DNA of 64,000 nt from Gekko japonicus (taxonomy: Eukaryota), in NCBI RefSeq assembly GCF_001447785.1, contig NW_015161967.1, forward strand, positions 483,956 through 547,955, given 5' to 3'. This document shows positions 1 to 13,543 of this stretch, one piece after another. The number at the start of each line of letters is the position of its first letter. The first letter of the stretch is position 1. A model generated the notes under the pieces. It was not told the origin of the DNA, ran no database searches, and saw only the letters and a list, made by a program, of their open reading frames with translations. A program made the translations under genes and the position numbers.

Positions 1-286
1 GAGCCCAGGGGGCGGGCACATGCAACAAGCCCCACCCCCTGCTCCCAGCAGCCCTCAGTCGGGCCACAAGGAGCAAGAAGCGACCAGGTAAGTTGCAGAG
101 CCCCCCCCAGCCCGCCCTCAGGTACAAGCTCTCCCTCCTCTGTGAGGGCAGATCTGTGTGTCCAGTGGAGCCTGAGCAGTGGGTTTTGCCTTCTGACACA
201 CTTCCGGTGATGTCAGGGGGTGTGGCCCATGCAAATAAGTTATGCTAATGAGCTCCCGCACCTCTTTTTCTATGAAATGACCCCTG
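1..286. mobile_element. Right end of a non-autonomous hAT-like DNA transposon
   Basis: GC-rich body ending in ...GCAAATAAGTTATGCTAATGAGCTCC...TTTCTATGAAATGACCCCTG, a CAGGGG-type terminus like squamate hAT MITEs. The left end lies outside the window. Confidence 0.5.
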
Positions 287-321
287 GTGCTACTGTACTC
301 TTTCTTTTCTGCTCCAAGTAT

Positions 322-912
322 GTACTTATGGGGTCTGAACATGGTGAGACCAAGAGGGAAAGNNNNNNNNNNNNNNNGGAAAGAGACTTTGGGGTTGTAA
401 TGGATATCTTAACAAAAATGCCAACCCAGTGTGCCACAGCACTGAAAAAGACAAACCCTATGCTTGGGTTTATTAGGAAAAAGATTGAAAATAAGACAGG
501 CAATAATGTCACTGTATAGATCTATGGTGCAGCCTAATTTGGAATACTCTATGCAGTTCAGGTCACTGTATCTCAAAAATGACATTGCAGAGCTGGAAAA
601 AAGTATAGAAGGCAGCAACCAAGATAGTTAAGGAGCTGAAGCAGCATTTTTATGAGGAAAAGTGGGGGGGGGTCTATCAGTGGCTATTAGCCACAAGGTA
701 TAGATAGGACCTCACAGGCTGGGGCAGGTGATGCACTGTGTTCTTGGTGCTTGGGGTGGGCAATAGTGGGAGGGCTTCTAGTGTCCTGGCCCCACTGGTG
801 GGCCTCCTGATGGCACCTGGTATTTTTGGCCACTGTGTGACAGAGTGTTGGGCTAGATGAGCCATTGGCCTGATCCAACATTGGCTTCTCTTATGTTCTT
901 ATGTTATTATGT
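322..912 (+). mobile_element. CR1 LINE 3' fragment (end of ORF2 plus 3' UTR)
   Basis: Translation ERDFGVVMD..KMPTQCATALKKTNPMLGFIRKKIENKT matches the CR1 ORF2 C-terminal motif. It ends in GGCCTGATCCAAC..TCTCTTATGTTCTTATG, a CR1 tail. Confidence 0.88.
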
Positions 913-3154
913 ACCTCATATAAAGAGGTCTTGAGCCAGGTGAGCAGGAGGGAAGGAGTTCCAAAGTTGGGGTGCATCTGCTGAAAAGCTAACTTCCTAA
1001 AAGGGCTGCGGAAACCAGAGCAGAGCTTCCAGTGGTGAGCTTAGCCGACAGGCACATTTGTGTGGTGGAAAGCCATCCTCCAAGTTTCAGGTGTTACTAC
1101 CCATAAGTCTATCCTTTTTATCTCCTCGTCTATCTTGTGTTTGTGTCTATAGCTTGCCTAAAAGGCAGGGTAGAATTTTGCTAAATATATATGCAAATCA
1201 CTGACATTAATAATAAGATTAAGGTACTTTCTGTAACCAATTAAAAACCTGACTTTAGAATACACTCCAGTGCCTAGTAAAATCTGAAAGTGAGATTTTT
1301 TAAACCTGTCTCCATTGATTAAATACAGTTTTAGGATCTGGGTCTGATATTTCAAAAAAGTGCTGACCTGATCCCGAAAATATGTGGACCAAGGCAACAT
1401 GGTCTGGTACTTGGCTGTACCCTGGCAGACAGGGCCCCTGGATTTGTTTTCTGTCCTGGGGTGGTGCTGGTAGTGGGTGTATTGTTCTTCCTCTCTTCCA
1501 TGCTGCAAGAGGGCCTTAAAAATTAAGCTTCTTCTGTTGTTTCAGAAAGGGCCGCCCACCAGATCAGAGCAGTTTTCAAGGGTTAATGAAAAAGGAAGTT
1601 GATTATTTGGTAGTGGAAAAGGGCTCTCTGAACTCCTGTTGCAGGGCCATAAAATGCCCAGAGTAGTTAAAGCTTGGGAGAATCCTGGTTTTTTATAATG
1701 CAGAATAACTCTCTGAGGTTAAATTCAGAGATATTTCCTCCAAGTGTGTGGCTGGCTGAACTTTTGTTTGCTTTGGTCTCAACATGGCTTTGTAATTAAG
1801 AAAGAACCAAGGTGGCCATTAACCTCCGCAGTCTTTGATGCCACCCCAGTTGGTATGAGAGAGATATTCAAACCTGGCCCAGTTGCTGGGGGGGGGGGGG
1901 GGGGGGGGGCTCAAGATGCTGCCTGCAGGTTATGCAAATTTCACTCCAGTCGCTGCATCTCATGTGCATTCTGATGATATATTTTCTTGTTTTATTGGTC
2001 TTCATTGCAATAAATAAGCCCAGGAGGCCAAATATGTCCAGTGTCTATAAATATGGATTTGTCTGAAGCAAGATGTTTCCGGAGCTGACAGAGAAACATC
2101 TTTGTCAGGAAATTTACAAGGAGTAAATTGTGGGAGAGCCCACGTTTTGGCCATGAAGCCAGGCTTCCTTAGACTTTTAAGAAGCCAGGACAGCTCCAGC
2201 ATCTGTGCACCCTGAAAATGATTAAACATTGGGTGGGGGGCCACCCTTGCCCTTGAAGGTGTGAGAGGTGCAGTCTAGGAACACAGTCTCCCCCTCTCTC
2301 TTTCATGGCTTCTGACCACTTTTGGATGCTCCATGCAAAGTGAGAATGATGCTGCTTAGGGGATCAGTGGGCCCTTGGCAAGGTTTGTGCCTCCTGCAAA
2401 TGACCGTTTTCTCCCACCCAGCAAATGCCCCATCACGCCACCCCACTGAGAAAGAGAGGGCACTTAAGAGACACTCTGGTACCCAGGAGTTGGGGGGGGG
2501 GGTTGGCAATGTGTTAATATTGTGCTCCTGAAGATTCGAGGCTCTTACCTAGGAATCTGAATTGGTGTTTTCTTTTTCCCGCCCTTCCCCTCACATCCCA
2601 GTCCCTGCTTCACTTGACAAAATAATGCATACAGATCATTTATTTGGAGTGTAAGTACCTGTGGAAGGATGCCTTACAAAATGCCATCAGCACAGAACAG
2701 CCTTTTCTGGCTGCTGTCCTGACTCATTTCTTACCAGGCAATTAATGAATTAACTGATTAATCATGCCAATTAATGGATGCTTTCCACCTCTAATCCACA
2801 TGTCCATTTGTTTAAGGGCACTAAGGCACAGAGAATCCATTTCAAGAGTGCTGATGGAAATTGATGGTTTCCCAAATGAAGCCCAGCACTGCAGCCGTCT
2901 CATTAAAGCTTAAGGACGTATCTTTAAACCATGGTCAGCAACTGATTTAGGCAGAGTGCCACCTTGGGAGTGGGGGCAAAGTCCCAGTCCCTGACTTCCA
3001 AAATGACATTGGCATTGTTTGTACATTTGAGCTCCTGATTTTGTGAATTCCAGCATGTTATGATCATGCTAACCAGGGCTTTTTTTGTGCCATTTATATT
3101 TGAGCTCATTCAGTGGAGCTGGTTAGTGGTATGTTCAGGATGGGCTTCTCAGAA

Positions 3155-3557
3155 TGGTGTAATTTAACTTATGTAGTTCACTGCCACAAAATGTGGTGAT
3201 GGTCACTAACTTAGATGTGTTCTTGTAAAAAAACCCACAAGGGTTCACAAAGGATAGATCTGTTATTAGTGGGGCTAGCGCTGAAGCAGCATATACCTGA
3301 TTCCCACGTGTTGGAGCCAGTCAGAGATATTCATTACCATGCCCATGAGTTTCCCAGGGCATCGATCTGGTTATTGTTGGTGACAAGATGCTGATCTGAG
3401 TGGGTCATGCACTAGTCCTGGGCTGCAGCCACACATTGCTAGACATGGTGCTATTGTTGCACTAGAGCAGTCATTTGCTACCAGATTTCCCTTCGTGCTC
3501 AAGTGCAATATCCAGTAATGTGCGGGTGCAGTCCAGTATGGCATCTCTTATGTTCTT
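3155..3557 (+). mobile_element. Degenerate CR1 3' end interrupted by a palindromic MITE
   Basis: TCACTGCCACAAAATGTGGTGATGG (CR1 'WNSLP..VV' region) and a terminal TCTCTTATGTTCTT tail. Confidence 0.6.
3420..3534. mobile_element. Short palindromic MITE
   Basis: GGGCTGCAGCCACACATTGCTAGA is inverted-complementary to TCCAGTAATGTGCGGGTGCAGTCC. There is also an inner pair, TTGCACTAGAGCA / TGCTCAAGTGCAA. Confidence 0.65.
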
Positions 3558-5526
3558 CACTATTTTGATCTTGTTATAATATGGCAAGCCCACTCCCTTT
3601 CCATTGTTTTTACATCAGGTCACCTGATTCAAAATCCTTTCTAAAATTCTTCTTTAAAAAAAATAGGTAAGAAGCCCATCTTTACGCATATCAGCATAGT
3701 CGAAAAACCTGGCAACACATGGTGGCTTCAGCACAGGCATATTGGATGGGTTATGTGGCCTTGGAGCTGAGGCTTTGTGCAGAAATGCAGCCTGATGTGT
3801 GGATAGGACAGGCATGCTTTTAAAACATACATCCATTTTTTACAGTGTGCAGAGGCCAGGCTGGGGCCACAGCCAGTCATTCCCAAATCAAGAGATTTGT
3901 GTGTTTTCTTTCACCCAGAGTCTCTAGAGCCAGTTAGCAGAGCCTGAAGTGCAACAAGTAGAAAATCCTGCTCTGTTGACCATGCACGGTTCAAAGGCCC
4001 TGCTCTTAATATTTATACCAGGCCTGGCAGCTTCATAGGCTTCATACTGTTTTTGCACTCCCCTGTCCCCTTGTGTGCCTCAAGAGAGCTCTTTGGTCTG
4101 GGTGCATGCAGTCTTGGGTAGTTCCCCAGGCAAGATCCCAGCTAGGAGGTTCCTAGTTCAAGCTCAACTGTTTCTGACACATGATAAACATTGAGGAGCA
4201 TACATGATGTTCTTAAGTAGACTCAGATGAGAGCCATGATTAGGTTAGTTTGCATAACGGTCCAGTATTGGGGGCCTTCTGGCCTTTCTCCAGTACAGGT
4301 GTTTAACACTGAAGCTTTTTAACTGGTATCTGCAGTCACTTGATTAATGCACTCATCTACTTTAAAAGTTTGCAGCTTTATAGGAATTCTGTCTGATATC
4401 TGGGTCAAGAGCAGCTATCCTAGGAGCTTGTTTCATTATTATTATTAATATTATTATTTTAATGTTGTGGCTTTTAAGACTTAGATCAGTGTAACACTCA
4501 AGATACAGGGGAAGAACTCTCTCTGCGGCTCGATTGGTCTTCACAACTACAAATCATGAAATAATTATCTTCCTTTCAGCATCCCACCTGTCAGAGGTGA
4601 AGAACAGTGATGGAGTATTAGATTATTGCCTTCAGTCTTCTGCTCAGTTCGGTCTCTCTGGCAAGATGAGCACTGTTATTAAAACACTTATAAATGGAAA
4701 GTTAGGTGCAGCCATAAATTATCTAAGGCCTGCAATTTAGCATTGATGTGTTTGTGTACTGAACAAACTGTGCTTTGTTTTCTGTGTTAACAAGCCTTCA
4801 CTTACAACATCTCTCCTTCACCCCACCCTGGGCCTTCTTTATTGCTGGCAAATATTTGTAAGAGCATTTGATTCATGGCAGTGGTCTCCTAGCTGAAGGA
4901 GCAGCACCATGCAGACAAGGAAACACCAGCAAAGTTTCCCTCTGAAGTAACTTGACTTGGATCAAGTTTTGGATTACCAAATTGGATTTCAGAGCTGTAG
5001 TCTTTGTAATATTGCATGTGAGAGCTGACAACAGTGATTTGTGCCTGTGTACACAGGGAGGTGTGATCATTCTGCCTTTGCACAAAACTTCAGAAGCACG
5101 CACAGAGGATGGGTGCATCTCTCACTTCCTGTTTTAATTTATCAACTTCTGGGTAACCTGGAAAACAACCTGATAGGTTCCTTTGTGTACCAATTGAGGC
5201 ATATGGAAAGGCTGATGAGGTGATGCCCCACATCATCTGCATCTTCTGGATGATTTCTCTGCTTCATACTAGAGTGGCAAGAGATGGAGTTGGGTGGAAT
5301 TAGCAGCCATGCTATTTGAGTAATGAACAGTGCGAGGGAAGGGAGCAAGTTCCACCACTCCATTTTGTATTGAACTTGCTTCTGTAAACAGATCTATGGG
5401 ATTGCAATTTTAGATTATAATCGTGCTTGATAGAGACCTAAATACTTCTGCAAACCATACAAGGCATAAATAGGACACAATAAGAATTGAATGTGAAGTC
5501 ATGGTAGTTTCAGTGCAAGAGTCAAC

Positions 5527-5650
5527 CGGGGGTGGTTTGCCATTGCCTGCCTCTGCATAGCAATCCTGGACTTCCTTCATAGTCTCCTATCCAAGAACTA
5601 ACCCAGGCTGATCCTGCTTAGCTTCCATGTGCTGATGAGATTGGGCTAGC
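5527..5650 (-). mobile_element. 5S rRNA-derived SINE, degenerate
   Basis: Reverse complement GCCCAATCTCATCAG..GGAAGCTAAGCAGG..GGTTAGTTCTTGGATAGGAGAC resembles 5S rRNA box A/C, followed by GCAGGCAATGGCAAACCACC. Confidence 0.7.
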
Positions 5651-6574
5651 AATTCATAATAAGTAAGAATACAGGATAGAAACTCAAATAGTTGTGTTTT
5701 ATGAAGTCATTTGCAATTTTGCTTTGGCTGCAGTTCAGATTTACTGCCTAAGAGCATGAGGATCCATGCAGGTCTTTAATTGTTGGGTTTTTTTTTTTAA
5801 AGGACCTTTGGAGGTTATGTCTTGTCCCCAGTGCTCAGCTTGTTTTCCTTATCGATAACGGCGCGAAGTGTTTGGGCTGTCTGCCTAGAGAGCTTGGAGA
5901 GGGTTTGTTTCCTGGAGTATTTCAGAGAGCCCATAATGTATAGTTTTCACCACAACGAGCCTCCAGTTGTGAATTTTTAATTCAGCCAGATCATTTTCAG
6001 TAAATGGGACTTCAGGCTCAATTAGTGCTGTCAGGTCTAATTTTTCACTCACCTGCTCTTGAGCTCGGCTCTTGTGGTGTTTGCAGTAATTGCCAAATCC
6101 ACAGGAAAGATGAGACCTGCGCAAGATGAATGTCTGCGGCATTTCCCCTTCTTGCCTGCCTGTCTTTGGCATCTCAGGGCAGAGGGAGAAACAGAAAGGC
6201 AGGGAGTTCAAGGGAAACGAAGCGACTGAGAGACAGGAACATTTAACTTGTGAGGGATCAAGCAATTACAATGAAAAATTGCATCTTCCTTTTTGCAACA
6301 GGGCTAGGTAGACAGATATAAAAATTTTACCAAGCACAATGGTCTTTATTAAGTCTACAGGTATTCTCTGCATGGGCTGGTTTGAAATGTGTTTCAGCTG
6401 CTGCTGGTCCCCAGGATTAATGGGCCGGATCTTAATGTGTGAAGTTCCTTCACTAGTTGGAGATCCGGGTTGGCAAGCCATTGCAGGTGGGAAAGAGAAA
6501 AATGGCCAGCAGATGAAGTTAGACAACTGGAGAAGCACAGCTCAAGTCACGTTCTTAGTTGCTCTGGCCAAATG

Positions 6575-6745
6575 GAGAAGTTGGTAAAGCATATGCTTTT
6601 TGTGCAGGATCCTGCAGGTTCCATCCTTGGCATCTTCAGTTCAAGGATCTTCAGTAGCTAGGCTGAGGGAAACTTCTGCTGGAAGTGCTGGAGAATGTGG
6701 TACATCACTGTAGACTGGATTGGAGGGGCCAAATAAAGCTGCTCC
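6575..6745 (+). mobile_element. Old tRNA-derived SINE (same family as 39042-39240)
   Basis: B-box-like GGTTCCATCCTTGGCATCTTCAGTT and body similarity to the 39042 copy. Confidence 0.5.
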
Positions 6746-6811
6746 TTCTCTACTGTTCTACTTGAGTCATGTTAGCACTTCCCACAATTTGTAGTGAGAA
6801 ACCTCTCCACA

Positions 6812-7535
6812 TGGCAAGACTAGATCTGATGGGTTACAGAAGAGCAAATTTCCATTGAAAGTTAGGAGAAACTTCTTAAGGGTGAGAGCAGTGTGACAAT
6901 GGAATAAGCTCTCTGGGGGGGGGCAGGATCCCCTTTGTTTAGAAGACTTCAGGCAAAGGGCATTTGGTTTCCTTGACGACAACAGTGCAGTGACTCCCAT
7001 CCCCCAGCCATGCTCCAGCTTTCCCTGCTTTCTGCCACAGGACATCTGGGGAAAGTGCCACAGCTGCTGGGACCCCTCCCCCCAAACAGGAGGGTGGTGC
7101 ATGCACAATGGAGGTCCCCTCCTCTCTCCTGACTAAAAACCGCCACAAAGCATGAGTGGATGTTGCATGAGGGTTGAAGCTGCCAGGGGAAAGCTGTTTG
7201 CCAACATCTGGAGCGCAGAGGGAAGGCAAGAGTGAAAGCAGAGCAGGGGTGCCCTTCCAGATGAGCAGTATGGCTCTCCTTTCACACACACCCCATCCCT
7301 GGCTGGCTGCTCAAGCGCTTTTCATTGGGGCTGCTGTAGGTTAAGTTGGAAAGGAGGAAACAGCAACATGTTATTTGGAGGGAGAGCTCTCCTACGCCCT
7401 CCTCCTGAACTTGCAGCTGATACCAGAATACTTCAGGCAGAGGCTTTTCAACCATCTGTTGGGATGTAGTTTTGGATTTCCTGCACTGAACTGGGGGCTG
7501 GACTAGGTAACACTCCTTCCAGCTTTAGGATTCAC
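6812..7535 (+). mobile_element. CR1 3' end split by a ~465-bp insertion (6960-7424)
   Basis: AAGACTAGATCTGATGG..AGGAGAAACTTCTTAAGGGTGAGAGCAGTG..TGGAA is colinear with the CR1 at 9500. It resumes at 7425 and ends GGGGGCTGGACTAG..CCTTCCAGCTTTAGGATTC. Confidence 0.7.
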
Positions 7536-9499
7536 TGTGTTAAGCAAGAAGAACTAGCTCAAGCTGTGCTATACATCGCTAAAACTGAAGGCAGTTAAAT
7601 GGCTTGGGTGGTGATTTGTGCTAGCAAAAGCAAGTGAGGTCACGTTGGCCAAAGGGATGTTCTAAGGTTCCTTGTTGGAGGTCCAAAGAAAATGCACAGT
7701 CATCTGGGGAGAAAAATGGTAGTGTGTGTGTGATTATTTATTTAAAATATTTATATCCCACCTTATCTCTGTGATCTCAAGGTTTGCCACTTGGATTTGT
7801 ATACGTGAACTGGGAGAGATTTGAGAAGGGAATCCCCCGGTACCACTTTGCATCTTCCCTAACGAGCACCCACATCTCCTTAAGAAAGATCAATCTCACT
7901 TGCAGGATATGGCAGTAAAATGCCTAATAGGCTTATAACCTCTTCGCGTGTGTCTAATAGTGATATAATGACTTGGAGAGGAGAGAGAATGATCTGTGAA
8001 TGGTCCCTGAAAATCTCACAGGTGTATCCAAGAACCCAGTTGGGTATGGGTAGACAATTTGTGAAGGGTTTTGATAAGCTGGGAAGCATTTGAAAGAATT
8101 TTTCAACCATAAGATCTTGAAGGCAAATCCAACTGCAGTAACTGGTTACATTCAGCCTAGAGCAGGGATGGCTAACTGACAGCCAGTGGGCCAGGCCTGG
8201 CACACAGAGCAGTGGTTTCTGGCCTGAAGCTGCACAATTAAATTTTAATTAAGGTGTGGCACACTTTTATGCCTGCAGTTTCACAATTTAAAGAGAGGAA
8301 AGGACTGGCACACAATGCTTGGGTTTATGGGCTAGACTTCATTAATTCTAGCTGGGATAAATTGGCAGGGTTTGGTAGGTTCCAGCATTGCAGGGGTTGT
8401 TTGTTTCTGTGAAACTTGGCAGTCGATGTTTGGATGCTCTTGCGTCTTCCTAGCGTTCCACCCTACAAAGCCCACATTATCAAGAATGCATATCAAAAGA
8501 CAGCTGCAGCGTACTCCCATTAGCGTAGCTGACCACAACTGGCATGAAATATATAGTGCCTACCCAATGTAGTTCATGGGTCTTGCCAATTCTGCTTGGC
8601 ATAGATTTATCAAAGAGGCGGTTGATTTTTGCCAACCCAGTTGAGCTTGTGGGAGGGTTTCTCTGAATGGTGTGCAGGAAGTATGTTGCAAAGGGAAGGC
8701 AGACAAGGAGAGCTGGAGCCACGTGCCTGTGTGTATGAGACTTTCTGTTCCAGACAGATTAGCACCTGTTCACATCGCATGGTTGGAAACCTAGGCAGAT
8801 GGAGCCTGTATCAAGTAGCCATTTTAAGACCTGGTCTCAGGCCTGCAGTGTTTAGAAATGGCATTTCCCTTTGTGTTCAGAGTGTGATTTATAGTAAGGA
8901 GAGTGTAAAAGAGGGGAGGAGGGAGATCTCCACGCACATCTCCTTTTGGGCCCTAGTCAAATTTTGATGTCCTCATGGATGCATTTGGATGTAAGACAAC
9001 TTCTGGACTGCTCTTACCATTTTGGTTTCTCCAGCCCATGAAGTGGTGCAGAGGCTGCAAAGGGAGACCTTCCTTAACCTTGCAGCTGGAGTCTTGGCTC
9101 TGGCTCACTCTGCCATGGCTTCTGTTTCTCTCACTGCTTCTGGCGCTTCCCATTTACAGTAAAGCCTCTTAATGGAGCCCGAATGGATCAATTGAGAAGT
9201 GCGGTCACCAGACCACTTACCACAGCACTGAGTCGATGCCCTTTAGCTCCTTGGAAAGCTAATAGCTCCATCCAGCAGTGAAGAGGGATAAAGCAGAGTG
9301 CTGGAGCCAGGCTGTGCACGAGTGAAACACAAACACTGGACCCAGGATTCCTTTTCACAGAATCCACACACTTCATTCTCATAAGGCTAATCTTCTTTGT
9401 TTTTTCTGAGTTGAGGGGCTTGCATGTCATCAGTAAGCTTCCATTTCCTTTGATAGGCATGTTTTCCCAACTCATTCCACCCTGTACTCTTAGAGTACA

Positions 9500-9874
9500 G
9501 GCTTAGAGGGGACGTGATTGGAGTCTTCAAGTATTTGAAGGGCTGTCATGTAGAAGATGGAGCAGATCTATTCTCTCTTGCTCCGGATTGCAAGACTAGA
9601 TCTAATGGGTGGAAATTACAAGGGAGTCGTTACCAGATAAATATCAGGAGAAACTTCCTAACTGTAAGAGTGTTTGAGCAGTGGAACAGTCTGCCTCGGG
9701 TGGTGGTGGATGCTCCTTCGCTGGACGTTTTCAAGCGGAGGCTGGACGACCATCTTTCGGGTATGTTGTAGGTATGTAGGGCTATCTTTCAGCTATGCTC
9801 CTGCAGAGTGTAGGGGGTTGGACTAGATGACCTTCAAGGTCCCTTCCAACTCTAACATTCTAGGATTCTGTGAT
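9500..9874 (+). mobile_element. Relatively young 5'-truncated CR1 LINE
   Basis: Intact ORF2 C-terminus (VFKYLKGCH..TRSNGWKL..RRNFLTVRVFEQWNSLPRVVVDAPSLDVFKRRLDDHL), then GGGGTTGGACTAGATGACC..CCCTTCCAACTCT and an ATTCTAGGATTCTGTGAT tail. Confidence 0.93.
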
Positions 9875-12169
9875 CATAACTGATGCAGCAGCCAGACTAG
9901 GACTGGCATCAGCTGTGTGCTTAATAGAGAGCCACAGTGTTTTGGGGGCACCCTGATGGAACAGGACATGTGTTTTCAAATATATGTCAGTGACATTCAG
10001 ATATGCACACTTGTATCATATAAGGTGTATGCCTGGAAGTGGCTCCTAATCTTTGTACCTGGGCCTCCCTTTCACTGCCGCCATGATATGGAGATGTTTG
10101 GTTTTCTCTCGCCCTGCAGACTTCTTTATTCCTGGTGCTTGATTTCTAAGAAGAGGGGTCCAGGAATTCCAGCCTGTCTGAAAAGACAAAGACTAGGGCT
10201 GTTTGATTGCTTGTAGAAACAGCAGTGGCTGTGGCCCCCCAAACGAATACAAGCTCACTGTGCAGAAGTTCTTGTTACCTCCATTTGAAATAGAACTCAA
10301 GTTTGCAGACCTGGACAAGACTTCTGCCGGAGACTCCAGAGAGCCAGTCAGAGAAGAAGGTATTGATGTAGATGCAAAAGGTGGACAGGAGGGAAACCTT
10401 TGGTAACCTTACCTTAAAATACATGCCTGGTAATAATGCTGCAACTTTTTCCATGCATGGTTTTGGCACAGCAGTAGCGCTAAATAGTAGGGCTGGCTCT
10501 TGAGGGTGGTGACGAGGTCACGGGCTCAGGCTCTACAAAGGCCCCCTTCCACAGGGGCACCATTTTCACAGCAGCCAAGAAAAGGTCTATTTGTTAACCC
10601 CATCTCTTCTAGGAGGAGAGGACCCACTGAAGTGATAACCCTCTGTCTGTCTGTCTGTCTGTCTGTACCACAGCAGACTGCAAGTGAGGGCTTAAATGAC
10701 TGGATGCTCTTTCACTATTCAAACAGCTCCTACACATAGAAAAGTAGAATGTCTTCTCCCTGACTGGCTAGCTTTCTGTGTGCAGAGATTTCTTCTTTTA
10801 GAAGACAGTATTTTCAACCATAGGAGGCTCCTTCTTGCCATCTTGAAGTGGTACAAGCAGATGCAGATTTTGTTTTGGGTTGTTTTTTTTTACCATTTCA
10901 GTGACAACTAGAGCTGAGAGTTGATTTTTCCAAAGGGCCCCTGAAATCCAGGAGTTGGGTCTGCAAAGGTAGTTTTTTATTGAGCACTGAAGAAGAACTA
11001 CACTTAATGTGGCAAGACTGACAGCTGCGTAGGCGATGCAGAAGAGCACTCCGGTATTAATTAACTCATCCTGCCAAGAGCAGGTATTGATTTGTTTTTA
11101 CAGATCTTTGATGAGCCCTGATTAGGATTCTATGAAGGTAGGAAGTTTTCCTGCCCTCTGAAGACGAGAGCAAACCATAATTATAAAATAATTGTGCTTC
11201 CTTTCTTTGAAAGGAGTCTACACTTATTATTTGATGAATCGCTTGTTTGTGCATGGCTGACAGTGCAGCCTTTCAGAGTATTTGTTTGTTTGTTGCACCT
11301 TTTTGATTTATAATTTTCCTGTAGGATGACATGTCGAGGTGGTGTGTGTGTGTGTGTGTGTTTTAATGCTCAACCCGCTCTCCTCTTTGCTGTTGGTTCT
11401 CGTCCAAATAGTCACTCAAAATTTGACAGAAATGGGTCGATTCATTTTCTCCTTATGGTAAAACATTCCCAAGGGGTTGCTGATCCAAGGGCAAGTGTTT
11501 TTTTGTCTCCAGTGTGGCACAGTACTGTGGAATTTGGCTCTCAGTATGGTGTCCTCAGCATTTGGGCAGGTTTCTTCAAATGCATCAATAAACAGCTTGG
11601 TTGCTGGAGAAGCGTGTTTCTAGCTCTCATGGTGGCAGGAAATAAAACTTTTTTTAAAAAATGGGCTACTTTTTCTTTTATCTTGTAGCCATCTTCAGGT
11701 ACAGGGATATAGAGAGGCAGAATATACATATTTTAAGTAAACAAAATGAAAATAAACTATATTTTGAAATGGCATGTACAGGGCTCAACAAATCCCGGGT
11801 GCCATGGTGCCTAGAAGTTTCACCAATCTAATATTTCTGTCAGCATTTATTGTCAGTGTTTCTTGGCAATTCTCAGTAGATGTAAAAGATTATTTCGGTG
11901 AGGAACAGAGGTTTGCTTTTTGTTGTGATGACAACCAGGGTTACCACATATTTATTTATACACTGCAACACTTCTGCTATAGCTTTAAAAAATGACAGTA
12001 AACTGTGTGGAGTTTAGGATTAGGTTTTGTGGCAGAAATAATGAGAATGTGTGGTCATTCGGATATAAACTCCTGAAGGCTGAAAAATAAGTCAGGTTTC
12101 TAAATTTTCAGGGTGCTCCTAAAGCTGAAGAAAATTTGTTGAAGCCTAGGCATATAGGTGCTGCGTGTG

Positions 12170-12343
12170 TAAAGTGCTGTCAAGTCACAGCTGACTTATG
12201 GCAACACCAGCAAGGGGCTTTCAAGGCAAGTGAGAAGCAGAGGTGGTTTGCCAGTGCCTTCCCGTGCGGAGTCTTCCTTGGCAGTCTCCCTTCCAAGTAC
12301 TGACCATGCTTGGCTTCTGAGACCTAACAAGATCGGACTGCAC
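12170..12343 (-). mobile_element. 5S rRNA-derived SINE with RTE-like tail; its 5' tip continues at 14634-14650
   Basis: AAAGTGCTGTCAAGTCACAGCTGACTTATGGCAAC..GGTTTGCCAGTGCCTTCC..GTCTCCCTTCCAAGTACTGACC..AGATCGGACT is the reverse complement of a 5S head plus tail. Confidence 0.75.
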
Positions 12344-12579
12344 TAGGGGTGGCCAAATGTGCTTAATGTGAGAGCCATATAGAATAAACGTCAGATGTCT
12401 GAGAGCTGCAAGACATGAACAAATATTACACACACGTTTTTATTGGAAAATGTGAAAAATTGCTATTTATTAACATTAAATGAAACTGCCAAAAATAAAA
12501 ACAAAAGGGGTAACAACAGATAATGATAATTATATTTATTTGTCCAATGATATTTATTTGTTTGCTAATGATATTTGTC

Positions 12580-12878
12580 TAAGAGAGAGAAAGAGAGAGA
12601 GGAGGAAAGAAAGAATGAAAGGTGGAAAGAGAAACAAAGAAAGCAAATAGATGGGGAGGAAGCGAGGGAGGGAGGGAAGGAAGACAGAAAGAGAAAAGTG
12701 GAAAGAATGAAAGAAGTGGAAAGAATGGAGAGAGAGAAAGAGAAACAAAGAAAGCAAATAGGAAGGAAGGAAGGAAGACAGAAAGAGAAAAGTGGAAAGA
12801 ATGAAAAAGGTGGAAAGAATGGAGAGAGAGAAAGAGAAACAAAGAAAGCAAATAGATGGGGGGAAGTGGAAAGAAATC
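12580..12878. repeat. GA-rich low-complexity minisatellite (~95-100 bp imperfect units)
   Basis: Repeated AAAGAGAAACAAAGAAAGCAAATAG and GAAAGAATGAAAG units. It is the source of the spurious E/K/R-rich and F/L/S-rich ORFs. Confidence 0.9.
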
Positions 12879-13543
12879 AACGTTAACTTTAAAGGTATCC
12901 TCCAAGCCCCCCCCCCTCGCCCCCCTGCCAGTTGGCTTGGCTTGGAGAAGGGATTTAAAGAGACAAATACCTTCTCCAAGCNNNNNNNNNNNNNNNNNNN
13001 NNNNNNNNNNNNNNNNNNNNNNNNNNNNNNNNNNNNNNNNNNNNNNNNNNNNNNNNNNNNNNNNNNNNNNNNNNNNNNNNNNNNNNNNNNNNNNNNNNNN
13101 NNNNNNNNNNNNNNNNNNNNNNNNNNNNNNNNNNNNNNNNNNNNNNNNNNNNNNNNNNNNNNNNNNNNNNNNNNNNNNNNNNNNNNNNNNNNNNNNNNNN
13201 NNNNNNNNNNNNNNNNNNNNNNNNNNNNNNNNNNNNNNNNNNNNNNNNNNNNNNNNNNNNNNNNNNNNNNNNNNNNNNNNNNNNNNNNNNNNNNNNNNNN
13301 NNNNNNNNNNNNNNNNNNNNNNNNNNNNNNNNNNNNNNNNNNNNNNNNNNNNNNNNNNNNNNNNNNNNNNNNNNNNNNNNNNNNNNNNNNNNNNNNNNNN
13401 NNNNNNNNNNNNNNNNNNNNNNNNNNNNNNNNNNNNNNNNNNNNNNNNNNNNNNNNNNNNNNNNNNNNNNNNNNNNNNNNNNNNNNNNNNNNNNNNNNNN
13501 NNNNNNNNNNNNNNNNNNNNNNNNNNNNNNNNNNNNNNNNNNN

